A DNA stretch of 64,000 nucleotides from Candidatus Hydrogenedentota bacterium. GTDB lineage: Bacteria; Hydrogenedentota; Hydrogenedentia; Hydrogenedentales; SLHB01. The notes beneath the pieces are model-generated. The model saw nothing but the letters and a program-made list of their open reading frames with translations, had not been told where the DNA came from and did not search any database. Location: positions 32,001-96,000 of the forward strand of contig BTWA01000004.1 in NCBI GenBank assembly GCA_045863295.1. Direction: 5' to 3'. This document shows positions 11,996 through 22,305 of the stretch, in pieces. The position numbers and the translations under genes were made by a program. The first letter of the stretch is position 1. The number at the start of each line of letters is the position of its first letter.

Positions 11996-12142
11996 ATTGA
12001 CCTCGATCACATAACTTGTTTATATAAATGGGCTTACACCCACAACTCAGCAATTGACATTTAGGCTGATTGCCCATCTGACAAGGCCTGGGTCCCGTGG
12101 AGGCCATTTTGACCTGTTTGCTGCTGCCAAAATGGCAGTCTA

Positions 12143-12169
12143 TTAGCAGCCAGCCGTGTCGAGTGCCAA
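12143..12169. promoter_or_regulatory. CIRCE element (HrcA operator)
   Basis: TTAGCAGCC-N9-GAGTGCCAA versus consensus TTAGCACTC-N9-GAGTGCTAA; abuts a minus-strand TTGACC-N17-TATTTT promoter (12168-12196). Confidence 0.8.
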
Positions 12170-12289
12170 AATAGCAAACAATCGCAAAAAGGTCAAGTGT
12201 GCCGCGCGCAACGCTCGCTGGCCTCCGAGATCGTGCTCGTGTCAGAATGGAGGCTGGGCACCATCGTCGAAACTTTGCGAGAGTCCTCT

Positions 12290-13018
12290 GTGCAACTTCT
12301 GGTCGTCTCCGATCTCCACTACAGTCTGAAACAGTACGATTGGATCTACGAGCGCCGCCGCCCCGATGAATTGCTGGTAATCGCGGGCGACCTGCTGGAC
12401 ATCGCGGGACACGTGGACCTCGACACGCAGATAGTCGTGGTGGAGAAGTATCTGCGGCGTCTGGCCGTCTCGGGCGCCCTTGTGGTTTGTTCGGGCAACC
12501 ACGACCTGGATGCGGAATCCCCGGAAGGCGAGCCGTATGCGGAGTGGTTGCAGGGGTTGCGCGGGGCGGGCATCAGCGTGGACGGGCAAGGCCTCACGAT
12601 CGACGGCACGCGGATCAGCGTGTGTCCCTGGTGGGAAGGCGAATCCGGCCGGCTTGACGTAGAGACTTTCCTTCGCGATGAGGGCGATTCGAAATCCGAA
12701 AATCGGTGGATCTGGATATATCATGCGCCTCCTTCCGGGTCGAAGACATCATGGAACGGCAAGAAGTTTTCCGGCGATGAGTTCTTGCGCCGGATGATTG
12801 GCGAAATGCGTCCGGACATTGTGATTGGGGGCCACATTCACAATTCGCCATTCTATGGCGAGGGTTCATGGTTTGATCGCGTGGACGGCACATGGGTGTT
12901 CAATCCGGGCCGGCTGATGGCATCCACTCCGACATGTATTCGCGTGGATCTGGATGCCATGCGAGCGACGTGGGAATCGCCCGAGGGAGATGAGCACATC
13001 GCCTTGTCTGCGACTTGA
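12290..13018 (+). CDS. metallophosphoesterase (calcineurin-like, Icc/CpdA-related)
   Basis: SDLH, AGDLLD, SGNHD, YHAPP, GHIH motifs; GTG start inferred. Confidence 0.88.
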   Translation: MQLLVVSDLHYSLKQYDWIYERRRPDELLVIAGDLLDIAGHVDLDTQIVVVEKYLRRLAVSGALVVCSGNHDLDAESPEGEPYAEWLQGLRGAGISVDGQGLTIDGTRISVCPWWEGESGRLDVETFLRDEGDSKSENRWIWIYHAPPSGSKTSWNGKKFSGDEFLRRMIGEMRPDIVIGGHIHNSPFYGEGSWFDRVDGTWVFNPGRLMASTPTCIRVDLDAMRATWESPEGDEHIALSAT

Positions 13019-13020
13019 GT

Positions 13021-13494
13021 TTACTCCCCTGCGCGGGAGCGCGCCCGAATCTGTCTTGGATGACGGTTCATCAATGCGCCGAGCACATCATCCACCATGC
13101 TTACATGACCCTCGTGTTCGCGCAATTGCGCTTTCACATCGATGAGGTACCGGTTGAGCGATTCCAGTCGTTGGGCAAGAATACGGCTTACATACAGCAT
13201 GACGTCCGGATTGGACTGCAGATAGAATTCCGGTTCGTCCGCCACGCGGCATGTGGTTTCTTCGCATGCAATCACCGAGGCCGTGTGTGGACACCTCAAC
13301 AACACGGACATTTCGCCGAACATGGCCCCTCGTTCGCGAACCGTGGTCAACGTCACGCCGTCTTTTACGACTTCCACACCACCCTGATCGAAGAAGAGCA
13401 ACACAGAGGCCGCCGTGCTTTCGGATAAGAGGATCTCGCCCGTATTGAAGGTCACCGTGGGCAATTTCCAAATGGCTTCCGGAGGTACGAACAT
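13021..13494 (-). CDS. cyclic nucleotide-binding domain protein (stand-alone)
   Basis: GGVEVVKDG...GAMFGEMSVLLRCPHTASVIA; AAGGAG before the ATG at 13494. Confidence 0.85.
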   Translation of the reverse strand: MFVPPEAIWKLPTVTFNTGEILLSESTAASVLLFFDQGGVEVVKDGVTLTTVRERGAMFGEMSVLLRCPHTASVIACEETTCRVADEPEFYLQSNPDVMLYVSRILAQRLESLNRYLIDVKAQLREHEGHVSMVDDVLGALMNRHPRQIRARSRAGE

Positions 13495-13712
13495 GGCATG
13501 ACTCCTTGAATTTCCAGGACGGCATTGTACGCGCTTGCTGATTGTGGAGACCATCGCCGGACACTGGACCACAATCCCGAGACCGAAATTGGACGTTGCT
13601 ATAGGGCTCATGTTCAATTACGCGAATATCGATACGCACAATAAAATGTTTACAATACCGTATAAATCGTAATAGTTACATAAGAATTATCGATTTGACA
13701 TCCCGATTCTCC

Positions 13713-13741
13713 TTGACACCCCTCAAAAACAATGCTAGTTT
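13713..13741 (+). promoter_or_regulatory. sigma70-like promoter
   Basis: TTGACA-N17-TAGTTT with an extended -10 TG. Confidence 0.6.
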
Positions 13742-14217
13742 ATGTCCTAGGCTTCCATGGTACTAGTTCAAAAGTCGGTACGGGTTAAGTGGCGCGCCTT
13801 GTTGGAGTTGGGCTGACGATCAGGGCGTCATCGCGTGGGCACGTAAGCTTGGACGGGATGCGGTGCGGTACTTGCCCCGTTGAAGTGCGGTTCCTGACGA
13901 GTCGGAATTCTCCGACCGTTAAAGGTTGCTTTGAGCTATCCAATTTGCGCCAACCGGATCCGTCTTTCGGTGTGAGGGCGGTCCGTTGCGAGGGGGCGAA
14001 TTAGAGCGGATCCGTAATCCGCTGCACGCGTAGGCAAGTTGAACAGGGCCGAAGTTCATAACGTTGGGAAAGGAGGACATCCGCAGTCTGGACATAAATC
14101 GAATCGTTGGCAATCGATATCGGCGGAATCGCCCCCCAATTTCGGTGTGAGATTACCCAACGAGGGGACTGTGTTGGCCGCTCGGTAGATACAGTTCAGC
14201 TCAAGGAGCACGGACAC

Positions 14218-15192
14218 ATGAGATCACGAGAGCGAGGGTTCACCCTCATCGAGCTTCTTGTAGTAATCGCGATCATTGGCATCCTTGCCGCTATTTTGCT
14301 TCCCGCCCTTGCACGAGCGCGCGAAGCTGCGCGTCGTGCGTCTTGTCAGAACAATCTCAAACAATTTGGCTTGATACATAAGATGTTTGCTGACGAACAC
14401 AAGGGTCTGTGGGTTGGGCGGCCGGTGCGCTACGACGGCAACTTCGCGGCGGACGGATCGAACCGCGTGTGGCACGGATTCAACGCGCCCGAGTTGCACC
14501 CAGAATATCTAACGGATCTGAATATCATGTTCTGTCCTTCGGATTCATCGAGTCCGAATCAGACATTGCAGAATTATCTCATTTCGAGCGATCAGGGCGG
14601 TATCCTTCGGCGCGTAGGCACAGGGTGGAACACCCCCGCAGCCCAACCCAACCCTGTGGCCACGTTCACTTCAATGGCGAGCCATAACGATTGCAACACA
14701 CAACCGGCCAACTGCTGGATCATGGGCTACGATTGGTCCTATGCGTACTGGGCGGTCATGATCGATCCGGCTTGGGTGGCGAGCCCGCTGGATTCGGCGG
14801 CCATGTTTAACTACCTGCATGACGGCAGCGTGAACGGCATGGGCCGTTATTCAAAGTTATACGAAGACGGTGAGATCGCCCTGCCGGCATTCGGGCAGAC
14901 GGTCGATGTTCACCACTTGAAGGAAGGCATCGAACGTTTCCTTATCACGGACATCAACAACCCGGGCGCGTCGACCAAGTCGCAGTCGACGATAATTGCG
15001 ATGTGGGACACCATACGTACCCGGTCGAACAACGCGGTGTTTGCTGACGACTTCAGCCACGTGCCCGGTGGCGCCAATGTGCTCTTTATGGATGGGCACG
15101 TGGAGTTCGCAAAGTTCCCGCAAAGCACGGGATCGAAAATGTGGATTGCCACGACGGAGATTCTGACGGACGGCGTTGAATATTCGCCGTGA
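14218..15192 (+). CDS. DUF1559 / prepilin-type N-terminal methylation domain protein
   Basis: [60 protein letters not shown]. Confidence 0.93.
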   Translation: MRSRERGFTLIELLVVIAIIGILAAILLPALARAREAARRASCQNNLKQFGLIHKMFADEHKGLWVGRPVRYDGNFAADGSNRVWHGFNAPELHPEYLTDLNIMFCPSDSSSPNQTLQNYLISSDQGGILRRVGTGWNTPAAQPNPVATFTSMASHNDCNTQPANCWIMGYDWSYAYWAVMIDPAWVASPLDSAAMFNYLHDGSVNGMGRYSKLYEDGEIALPAFGQTVDVHHLKEGIERFLITDINNPGASTKSQSTIIAMWDTIRTRSNNAVFADDFSHVPGGANVLFMDGHVEFAKFPQSTGSKMWIATTEILTDGVEYSP

Positions 15193-15279
15193 CGTTCTGA
15201 TTCGGCTGCGAGGGGCCGTGCAGGGTTTGCGGCCCCTCGCACGCCCTCAACAACTCGATGCCGGGTACACCATGGGAGT

Positions 15280-15672
15280 ATGGTTTCCGTGATAAACGTG
15301 AATCTGACAAAACGTGGGGCCTTGGCCTTCGCGATAGTTTTGCTGGGCGCGACGTGGATCGTGGGGTGTGGCGGCGGAGGTTCGGCGGAAACGGAAACGG
15401 GAAGCGTTTACGACGCAGCCGCGGCAGGTGATTTGTCTGTCGTTACCGCTCAAATCCGTGCGGGGTTTGACGTGAATGAACCGGACCCGCAAGGGCGCAC
15501 GTTGGCGCACTATGCGGCCATGGGCAATCACGTGAGTATTCTCGAGTACCTGACCGAGGAGTTTAACGCCTCGGTGGGAAAGGCGGACAGCGGCGGCAAA
15601 ACGCCACTGGATCTGGCCCGGGAACACAATGCCGCGGACGCGGCCACATATTTGCAGGGCGAAGGCGGGTGA
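15280..15672 (+). CDS. ankyrin repeat lipoprotein
   Basis: lipobox IVGC after a hydrophobic stretch; GRTLAHYAA and GKTPLDLA ankyrin repeats. Confidence 0.8.
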   Translation: MVSVINVNLTKRGALAFAIVLLGATWIVGCGGGGSAETETGSVYDAAAAGDLSVVTAQIRAGFDVNEPDPQGRTLAHYAAMGNHVSILEYLTEEFNASVGKADSGGKTPLDLAREHNAADAATYLQGEGG

Positions 15673-15738
15673 TTGGAACGATTTGGATTCCCATTCCTTT
15701 CGGCCTTACTTCTTTGGCAGGTTGGAGTTCGCGAAATG

Positions 15739-15770
15739 CAAAACGCCCCGGCATTTGCCGGGGCGTTTTG
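15739..15770. terminator. bidirectional terminator
   Basis: CAAAACGCCCCGGCA-TT-TGCCGGGGCGTTTTG between convergent genes. Confidence 0.75.
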
Positions 15771-15799
15771 GGTATGCAGTAGGTAGCGCGATAGCTCCC

Positions 15800-17719
15800 T
15801 TACTTTGCGATGGCGTGCTCTTCCTCGTGCGCTTCTTTGTTTTCGGCATGTCGCCAGTTCACGGGGAAGTCGTTGTAAACACCCCAGATCATCCAGTCAT
15901 ATTTTCCACCCATAAGCGATTTCGCGGTTTCGTTGTAAGCGCGGTTGTGATTCTTCTTTACCGCTTTGAAGTGTGCGGCAATGCGAGCCCGGGCGTTCTT
16001 GCAGAACAAATCGGCCAGTTCCTGCGGGCTGGTGTCCTTCGGGTTCTTCTTCAATTGAAGTTCGGCATACGCGAGGCAGCAGCCCATGACGAACAGGTCA
16101 ACGCCGATTTCCACGAACTCGCCGAGGATGACCTGTTCGAATTCCATTTTCGGTCCAAACTTCGCCATGGTGTGGAATATGGTGCGCGCCATCTTGCGCG
16201 AATTGCGTTCGATGAAGGATAAGTGATCCAGGTTTGCACCATTAAGGTATTGCACGTTGTAGCTCTGGCCCGAGGGGAAGAAGGTGCCTGGGTACCACTT
16301 GGCGTAGAACTTCGCGGCATTGAGCAGAAGAGAGAACTTGCTTTCCTTCTGGCCGGGCTTGGGCTGCATGATGGGCATCACGAGTTTGAAGTGCGTATCG
16401 AGCGCTTCTCGTGCCATGATCAAGTGCATGACCTGGCTGGAGCCTTCGAAAATGCGGCCGATGCGGCTGTCGCGCAGGAACCGCTCCGCGGGAATGGGGT
16501 CTTCACCGCGTTCGTAAAGGGAGATTTCGGTTTCGAAACCGCGGCCGCCGCGCACCTGGATGTAATCATCGATCATGCGCCACGACGTTTCGGTGCAGAA
16601 GTATTTGGCGATGGCAGCCTCAAGACGAATGTCCGCACTTTCGTTATCCGCGAACGCACAGCACTGCCACACCAGAGCATCCATGGCGAATGTGTCCGCG
16701 GCATGATTGCTTACCAATTTGGCAATCGCCTGATGTTTGCCGATGGGCACGCCCCACTGCACGCGCTCGTTGATCCAGTTTTTCACATGCTTCAGTAGAA
16801 GCTTGGCGGCACCGGTGGACGCGGCCGGTATGCCGAGACGGCCGGTGTTGAGCGTGGTGAGCGCGATTTTTAATCCCTCGCCGGGCTTGCCGATGATGTT
16901 TTCCGCGGGCACCTTTACGTTTTCAAACAGCAACACGCCGTTTGATAGACCTTTCAAACCCATGAACTTGCACCGGTGCTTGACGCTGTAGCCGGGCATG
17001 GTACTCTCAACAATAAACGCCGAAATTTGGGTGCGCTCCTTGCCGTTCACAACCTTGGGCGGGGTCTTCGCCATCACAACGAGGATGTCTGCGTCAGGAC
17101 CATTTGTGCACCAGAGTTTCTCGCCATTCAGCAAATAATACGATCCGTCTTCGGAAGGCGTTGCAGTCAATTCCATTTTGGCGGGATCGGAACCCACGTT
17201 GGCTTCCGTCAGCGCGAATGCGGAGATTTCGCCTGCGGCGAGTCTGGGTAGATACTTCTTCTTTTGTTCTTCCGTGCCGAAGATCTTGAGCGGTTGCGGG
17301 ACGCCGATGCTTTGGTGCGCGGAAATCCAAGTCACGGTACTTTGACAATAACTGCCGACAAATTGCAGCACGCGCGCATAGTTCGTAACGGAGAAGCCGA
17401 GACCGCCGTACTCCTTGGGAATCTTCATACCGAAGATGCCGATTTCCGCGAGCGCCTTTAATGCTTCCTTGGGATACTCGCCGGTGCGATCAATCTCGAT
17501 TGGATCGACATGCTTGTCGAGGACTTCCTTGAGTTTGAGGAGGTAGTCATCGCCAATCTTTTTTTCTTCGGGCGTTTGTTCCGCATAGGGGTGCAACAAA
17601 TCCCATCGGAAATTGCCGCGAAACAATTCTGCGGTAAAACTTGGGAACTTCCATTCGGCCTCGCGTGCGGCTTCCGCGAGTTCCATGGCCTTGTCTTTAT
17701 CGGTGTTATTTACGCTCAT
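15800..17719 (-). CDS. acyl-CoA dehydrogenase (long, VLCAD/FadE-like)
   Basis: SAHQSIG, SAFALTEANVGSD, NGEKLWCTNG, RVQWGVPIG, RIFEGSS. Confidence 0.95.
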   Translation of the reverse strand: MSVNNTDKDKAMELAEAAREAEWKFPSFTAELFRGNFRWDLLHPYAEQTPEEKKIGDDYLLKLKEVLDKHVDPIEIDRTGEYPKEALKALAEIGIFGMKIPKEYGGLGFSVTNYARVLQFVGSYCQSTVTWISAHQSIGVPQPLKIFGTEEQKKKYLPRLAAGEISAFALTEANVGSDPAKMELTATPSEDGSYYLLNGEKLWCTNGPDADILVVMAKTPPKVVNGKERTQISAFIVESTMPGYSVKHRCKFMGLKGLSNGVLLFENVKVPAENIIGKPGEGLKIALTTLNTGRLGIPAASTGAAKLLLKHVKNWINERVQWGVPIGKHQAIAKLVSNHAADTFAMDALVWQCCAFADNESADIRLEAAIAKYFCTETSWRMIDDYIQVRGGRGFETEISLYERGEDPIPAERFLRDSRIGRIFEGSSQVMHLIMAREALDTHFKLVMPIMQPKPGQKESKFSLLLNAAKFYAKWYPGTFFPSGQSYNVQYLNGANLDHLSFIERNSRKMARTIFHTMAKFGPKMEFEQVILGEFVEIGVDLFVMGCCLAYAELQLKKNPKDTSPQELADLFCKNARARIAAHFKAVKKNHNRAYNETAKSLMGGKYDWMIWGVYNDFPVNWRHAENKEAHEEEHAIAK

Positions 17720-18001
17720 GGCATGTCACCTCGACCCCGTTTCTTCCCAGCCCTTGCAATGACCTACCGGTGAGTAGGTATAGAAAGTATAAACGAGATT
17801 CTACTTTTTGCCAACCCCCCGTTTGTGCGATCACCCCGGTACACGCCGATTGGGGCAACCATGCGAGCACGTGGCGTCAAAGTCGGGCAAGCGGGATGTA
17901 TCACACCCGGTCCTTTCGGTACGGGTTAATACGCTGAAAAAGAACAGCTTATCACAGCGCTGTGAAATCAGAAACAAGAACTGCGCTTTAAAGAGGACCG
18001 G

Positions 18002-18030
18002 TTGACAAAGAGAGAGGGTTGCTCTAGGCT
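18002..18030 (+). promoter_or_regulatory. sigma70-like promoter
   Basis: TTGACA-N17-TAGGCT upstream of the second acyl-CoA dehydrogenase. Confidence 0.55.
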
Positions 18031-18167
18031 GAAGGCTACCTTCCAGGCAATATCGGATAGTCATGCGTTTGCGGTTTATCTTTACTGAAGAGTCGGTATG
18101 GAAGTGCGGCGGAGCCGTCGCAACGTCCAAAATCGACGCCAGGGCGTAAGCTAAGAGGTGTCCCTCC

Positions 18168-20165
18168 ATGAGCGATCTCGATCACAAGGCCAAACAGGCG
18201 GCAATGGATCTGGCGGAAGACTCCCGCGAAAAAGAGTGGGCGTCGGCCAGCATCGTGGCGGAGATTTTCCGCGGCCGCTTTCGTTGGGATTTGATTAGCT
18301 TGTATCCCGAGCAGGATCCGGATGACAAGAAGATAGGCGATGCCTATATCGAAAAGCTGAAATCCGTGTTAGAGAAGACCCTGGATCCGGAGAAGGTCGA
18401 TCGCGAAGGCAAAATTCCGCCGGAGGCGATCGCGGCCTTGGGCGAAATTGGCGCATTCGGCATCAAGATCCCCAAGGAGTACGGCGGACTCGGATTCTCG
18501 CAGATGAACTACACGCGCGTCGTTGCCTTCCTGGCCAGTTATTGCGCCTCCACCGCGTCGCTGGTATCCGCGCATCAGAGCATCGGCGTGCCGCAGCCGT
18601 TGAAGCTTTTTGGCACACCGGAGCAAAAGAAGAAGTATTTGCCGCGTCTGGCCAAGGGCGAGATTTCGGCCTTCGCTCTCACGGAGCCGGGGGTCGGATC
18701 CGATCCCGCGAAGATGAGTACGACGGCGATGCCGACCGACGATGGAAAACACTACATCATCAACGGCGAAAAACTTTGGTGTACCAATGCTCCCATGGCC
18801 GATGTGCTTGTGGTGATGGCGGTGACGCCTCCGAAGATGGTAAATGGCAAGGAGAAGAAACAAGTCTCTGCCTTTATCGTCGAGGCCGATACCCCAGGTT
18901 TCGAGATTCTTCATGAGTGCTCCTTCATGGGTTGCCGGGGAATTCGAAATGCGTGGCTCCGGTTCACGGACGTCAAGGTGCCAGCGGAGAATTTGATCGG
19001 TCAGCCCGGTGAGGGGCTGAAAATTGCCTTCACTACTTTGAATGCCGGCCGGTTGAGCCTGCCCGCAACGGCGGCAGTAGGCGGCCGAGGCGCCATTGAG
19101 GAGTTACAAGATTGGGTGAATGAGCGAGTGCAATGGGGCGCGCCCATCGGCAAGCACCAGGCGGTGGCCAAGAAAATTGCGAACATTGCCGCGGACACAT
19201 TCGCCATGGACAGCATCAACGGCATCGCGTGCATGTTTGTGGACAAGGGCGACATGGATGTGCGGCTGGAGGCTGCGATTGCCAAGTATTACTGCACGGA
19301 GGTTGGCTGGCGCATCTGCGACGACTGGCTTCAAGTAAAAGGCGGACGCGGGTATGAGACCTCGGAATCGCTCCGCAAGCGCGGCGAAAACCCGGCGCCG
19401 GTCGAGCGTGCGATTCGCAATGCGCGCATAGCGCGAATTGTCGAGGGGACCAGCGAAGTCATGCAGTTGTTCATCGCGCGCGAAGCCATGGACATGCACA
19501 TGAAATTTGCGATGCCCATTTTCATGGGCAAGGGCTCGGCAATGAGCAAACTGCCGATGATACTCAAGGCAGCCTTGTTCTACTTGCGGTGGTATCCGAC
19601 CACGTGGCTGCCCGCGGGGCGATGCCATGCACGCAACCTGAACAACGCGAACCAGGATCATCTCAATTACATCGGCAAAACGGCCAAACGGCTGGCCCGC
19701 ACCATGTTTCACACCATGGCGAAATTCGGCCCGAAACTGGAATTTGAGCAATTGCGGCTGGCCTGCTTTGTGGACATCGGCACGGAACTGTTCGCCATGG
19801 CGGCATCGCTTTCGCATGCCGATCGCCAATTGGATCGAAACCGCGAGAATGACGATTTGCAGCATCTAGTCGATTTGTTCTGCACCAACGCGCGTCTGCG
19901 GATCGAAGAAAATTTCAGGGCCGTGAAGCGGAAGAACCCGAACGCGTTGATAAACAAGGTTTCTCGCGCGTTCATGGACAAGAAGTATGCGTGGATGGTG
20001 CAGGACGTGTATGTGGACGATCCGCCGCTGTCGGCCAATGCGCCAGGCGCCAAGACGCCGACAGGAAAACGCTTCCCTCGCCCCAGCGAATGGGTAAAGG
20101 AAAATGCGGTTACCAAAATCATGCAACCGCTTCGTGAAGAAGCGACGGAACAAATTCCGAAATAG
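18168..20165 (+). CDS. acyl-CoA dehydrogenase (paralogue of 15800-17719)
   Basis: SAHQSIG, SAFALTEPGVGSD, NGEKLWCTN, RVQWGAPIG, RIVEGTSE. Confidence 0.95.
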   Translation: MSDLDHKAKQAAMDLAEDSREKEWASASIVAEIFRGRFRWDLISLYPEQDPDDKKIGDAYIEKLKSVLEKTLDPEKVDREGKIPPEAIAALGEIGAFGIKIPKEYGGLGFSQMNYTRVVAFLASYCASTASLVSAHQSIGVPQPLKLFGTPEQKKKYLPRLAKGEISAFALTEPGVGSDPAKMSTTAMPTDDGKHYIINGEKLWCTNAPMADVLVVMAVTPPKMVNGKEKKQVSAFIVEADTPGFEILHECSFMGCRGIRNAWLRFTDVKVPAENLIGQPGEGLKIAFTTLNAGRLSLPATAAVGGRGAIEELQDWVNERVQWGAPIGKHQAVAKKIANIAADTFAMDSINGIACMFVDKGDMDVRLEAAIAKYYCTEVGWRICDDWLQVKGGRGYETSESLRKRGENPAPVERAIRNARIARIVEGTSEVMQLFIAREAMDMHMKFAMPIFMGKGSAMSKLPMILKAALFYLRWYPTTWLPAGRCHARNLNNANQDHLNYIGKTAKRLARTMFHTMAKFGPKLEFEQLRLACFVDIGTELFAMAASLSHADRQLDRNRENDDLQHLVDLFCTNARLRIEENFRAVKRKNPNALINKVSRAFMDKKYAWMVQDVYVDDPPLSANAPGAKTPTGKRFPRPSEWVKENAVTKIMQPLREEATEQIPK

Positions 20166-20182
20166 TTGGAAGCTTGAATTGC

Positions 20183-20222
20183 GCGGCCCATGCATCCGCA
20201 AGGACTGCATGGGCCGCTTTTT
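20183..20222 (+). terminator. Rho-independent terminator
   Basis: GCGGCCCATGCA...TGCATGGGCCGC followed by T5. Confidence 0.75.
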
Positions 20223-20229
20223 GTCTGGC

Positions 20230-21555
20230 TTATACGGCGCGCAGGTCCTCGATGTCTTTGGAAAAACCTGCGATAGTATTTTCCTGTAGCGTGTTGTCGC
20301 CTGCCTCCTTGCCAATGCGTATGGCCACGCGCTGGGCAGGGGCGCGTGATTCCACGATTTCATTCTTCGCGAGCAGATTGCCCGCAGTGACACCTTGAAT
20401 GTCCACGGCAGCCGCCGCCTCTCCCCCGCTGTCCGCAATGCGGTTCAGTTCGATCCGGTTGCCTTCGGCGGTAAACCCTTCGCCGCGCTCCGGGCGGAAC
20501 AGCAATCCCACCTCGCCGCTTCGCTCTACGATATTTCGGACTACCCAGTTAAAATTGTCGCGATGTCCTATGGAAACGCCGGTCTTGTTCTCCCGTACGA
20601 TGTTCTTTTCCGCGAGACCGTATTTCACGCCCCAACAGAAAAAAATGCCGATGGTGTTGCCCTCGATGTGGTTGCTTCGCATTATCGGGCGTTGCGATCC
20701 GGACCCGGGATGCAGGCCAAGATCGGCATTATTCAGGCTCCGGCAGTTCTCCACGGCCACATCGTGGCAGATCTGCCAACTGATGCCGTCGCCGTTGTTA
20801 TTGCGCGCCTCGACATTGCGCATAAGAATCCGGCTGTTGTCCTGAAACCAGATGCAGCCCCCGTAGTTGCCGTCGAGATGCGCGTTATTGGCCTTGTTTC
20901 CGTCAATCGCGATGTCGGCGATTTCCATATCAGTCGCGCCTTCTTCAGCCGTGACGACCGGAAACAGCGACGAAACCGTGGGGGATTCGCTGGTCCAGAA
21001 ATTTTCGCGCAATGCCTTGTCGATCTTGAACCGGTTTCCGCTGCGCGCGACGAGGGTGCGCTTGAGCACCATCATACCGCCGTGATGTGCGTTCTTGGAT
21101 CGAAGGCAAATGCCATCGCCCACTTCAAAACCGGACGCATCGTCGAGCGTGATTTCCTGGTCGTACCAGTCCGAGTCGGCGGACAACGTAGTCTCCATCG
21201 AAGGCTCTTTGATCAGAATGGTCTCGACGCCGCCTCCCAGCAGCCGGACACCCGTTCGAAGAAACAGCGAATTACGCATGCGGTACGTACCCGGAAGTAC
21301 TTTCACCGTCCCTCCTCCGAGCCGGTACACGTAATCCACAGCGGCTTGCAGCGCTTTGTCGGTGGTCCCGACGATGTCGGCGTCTTTATGCCCCACCGAA
21401 ATGTCCACACGCACATCCCAGTCGGGTTCCACGGCCGTATCGCCCGACGTTGCCCTGGGATGGGTTACGTCCGGCATGGCGCTTGATGCCTTTGCTGTCC
21501 ACATTACTCCGGCACCGGCGATGGCGCGGATCCAGGTTCTGCGAGTACAGGTCAT
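20230..21555 (-). CDS. Tat-exported right-handed parallel beta-helix (pectin lyase-like) protein
   Basis: MTCTRRTWIR Tat-like signal; ALQAAVD..GGGTVKVLPGTY; Asn-ladder repeats (NNGDGI, NNADLG, GNTIGI). Confidence 0.82.
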   Translation of the reverse strand: MTCTRRTWIRAIAGAGVMWTAKASSAMPDVTHPRATSGDTAVEPDWDVRVDISVGHKDADIVGTTDKALQAAVDYVYRLGGGTVKVLPGTYRMRNSLFLRTGVRLLGGGVETILIKEPSMETTLSADSDWYDQEITLDDASGFEVGDGICLRSKNAHHGGMMVLKRTLVARSGNRFKIDKALRENFWTSESPTVSSLFPVVTAEEGATDMEIADIAIDGNKANNAHLDGNYGGCIWFQDNSRILMRNVEARNNNGDGISWQICHDVAVENCRSLNNADLGLHPGSGSQRPIMRSNHIEGNTIGIFFCWGVKYGLAEKNIVRENKTGVSIGHRDNFNWVVRNIVERSGEVGLLFRPERGEGFTAEGNRIELNRIADSGGEAAAAVDIQGVTAGNLLAKNEIVESRAPAQRVAIRIGKEAGDNTLQENTIAGFSKDIEDLRAV

Positions 21556-21741
21556 GGGAAACCTCCTTGGATGGTCGAAACGCATGGTTCCACCGGGGGT
21601 GGCCGGTTTTCAAGTGGACGCTTCTGCCGATTTGGGCTCTCCTTCAGCGAGGATCCGGGGATACCGGCCAGTTTGGCGGAAGTTGTGTGAACATTTCTCC
21701 GTCTCGTGTGTCTATTCCAGGCAAAGCGATAGAATGGAACC

Positions 21742-22305
21742 ATGACAGGCTCATATGAGGCGGCATTGACAGGCCAAACGGATGGGTTGCCGGATCAGGC
21801 AGCGCTTCGAGGCCAGTTCGAGGAACTGGCCCCGCGCATCATACCGCGCCTGCGGGCCTTGGCATGGAAATTCGGTCTGCCACCCGATGAATGGGACGAC
21901 GCCGTGCAGGATGTACTAACCAAAGCGTGGAATGGGCTCGACCGATTTCGCGGTGACGCGAAACTGGAGACCTGGCTGATTCGAATCGCGGTGCATGCAT
22001 ACACATCGCGGAAGCGAGCCGTCGCTCGTCGCCTTTGGCGCATGGTCCGGCGACAGGGTGAGTTGGATTTGGAAGACTCGCCAATCGCCTTGACCCCTGA
22101 GAAAAACGAAGCATATCGCCACGCTCATGCGTGCATTCGGGCCCTGCCGCCGAAGCTACGAGCGGTATTCGTGCTGCGATACCTCGAGGAATTGCCGTGC
22201 GCCGCAGTGGCGGCAATGCTGGGCATACCGGAGGCGACCGTGCGAACCCGAATATTTCACGCGCGAAAGAAGCTGCGAGCCATGATGAAGGAGTTCGACC
22301 CGTGA
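21742..22305 (+). CDS. ECF RNA polymerase sigma factor
   Basis: DDAVQDV..KAW...FRGDAKLETWLIRIA; LPPKLRAVFVLRY..GIPEATVRTRIFHARKKL. Confidence 0.92.
   Translation: MTGSYEAALTGQTDGLPDQAALRGQFEELAPRIIPRLRALAWKFGLPPDEWDDAVQDVLTKAWNGLDRFRGDAKLETWLIRIAVHAYTSRKRAVARRLWRMVRRQGELDLEDSPIALTPEKNEAYRHAHACIRALPPKLRAVFVLRYLEELPCAAVAAMLGIPEATVRTRIFHARKKLRAMMKEFDP

Noticed and set aside
12133..12148. Plus-strand sigma54-like TGGCAGTCTATTAGCA
   Set aside because: Arises from the adjacency of a palindrome half-site and the CIRCE arm; weak -12 element.
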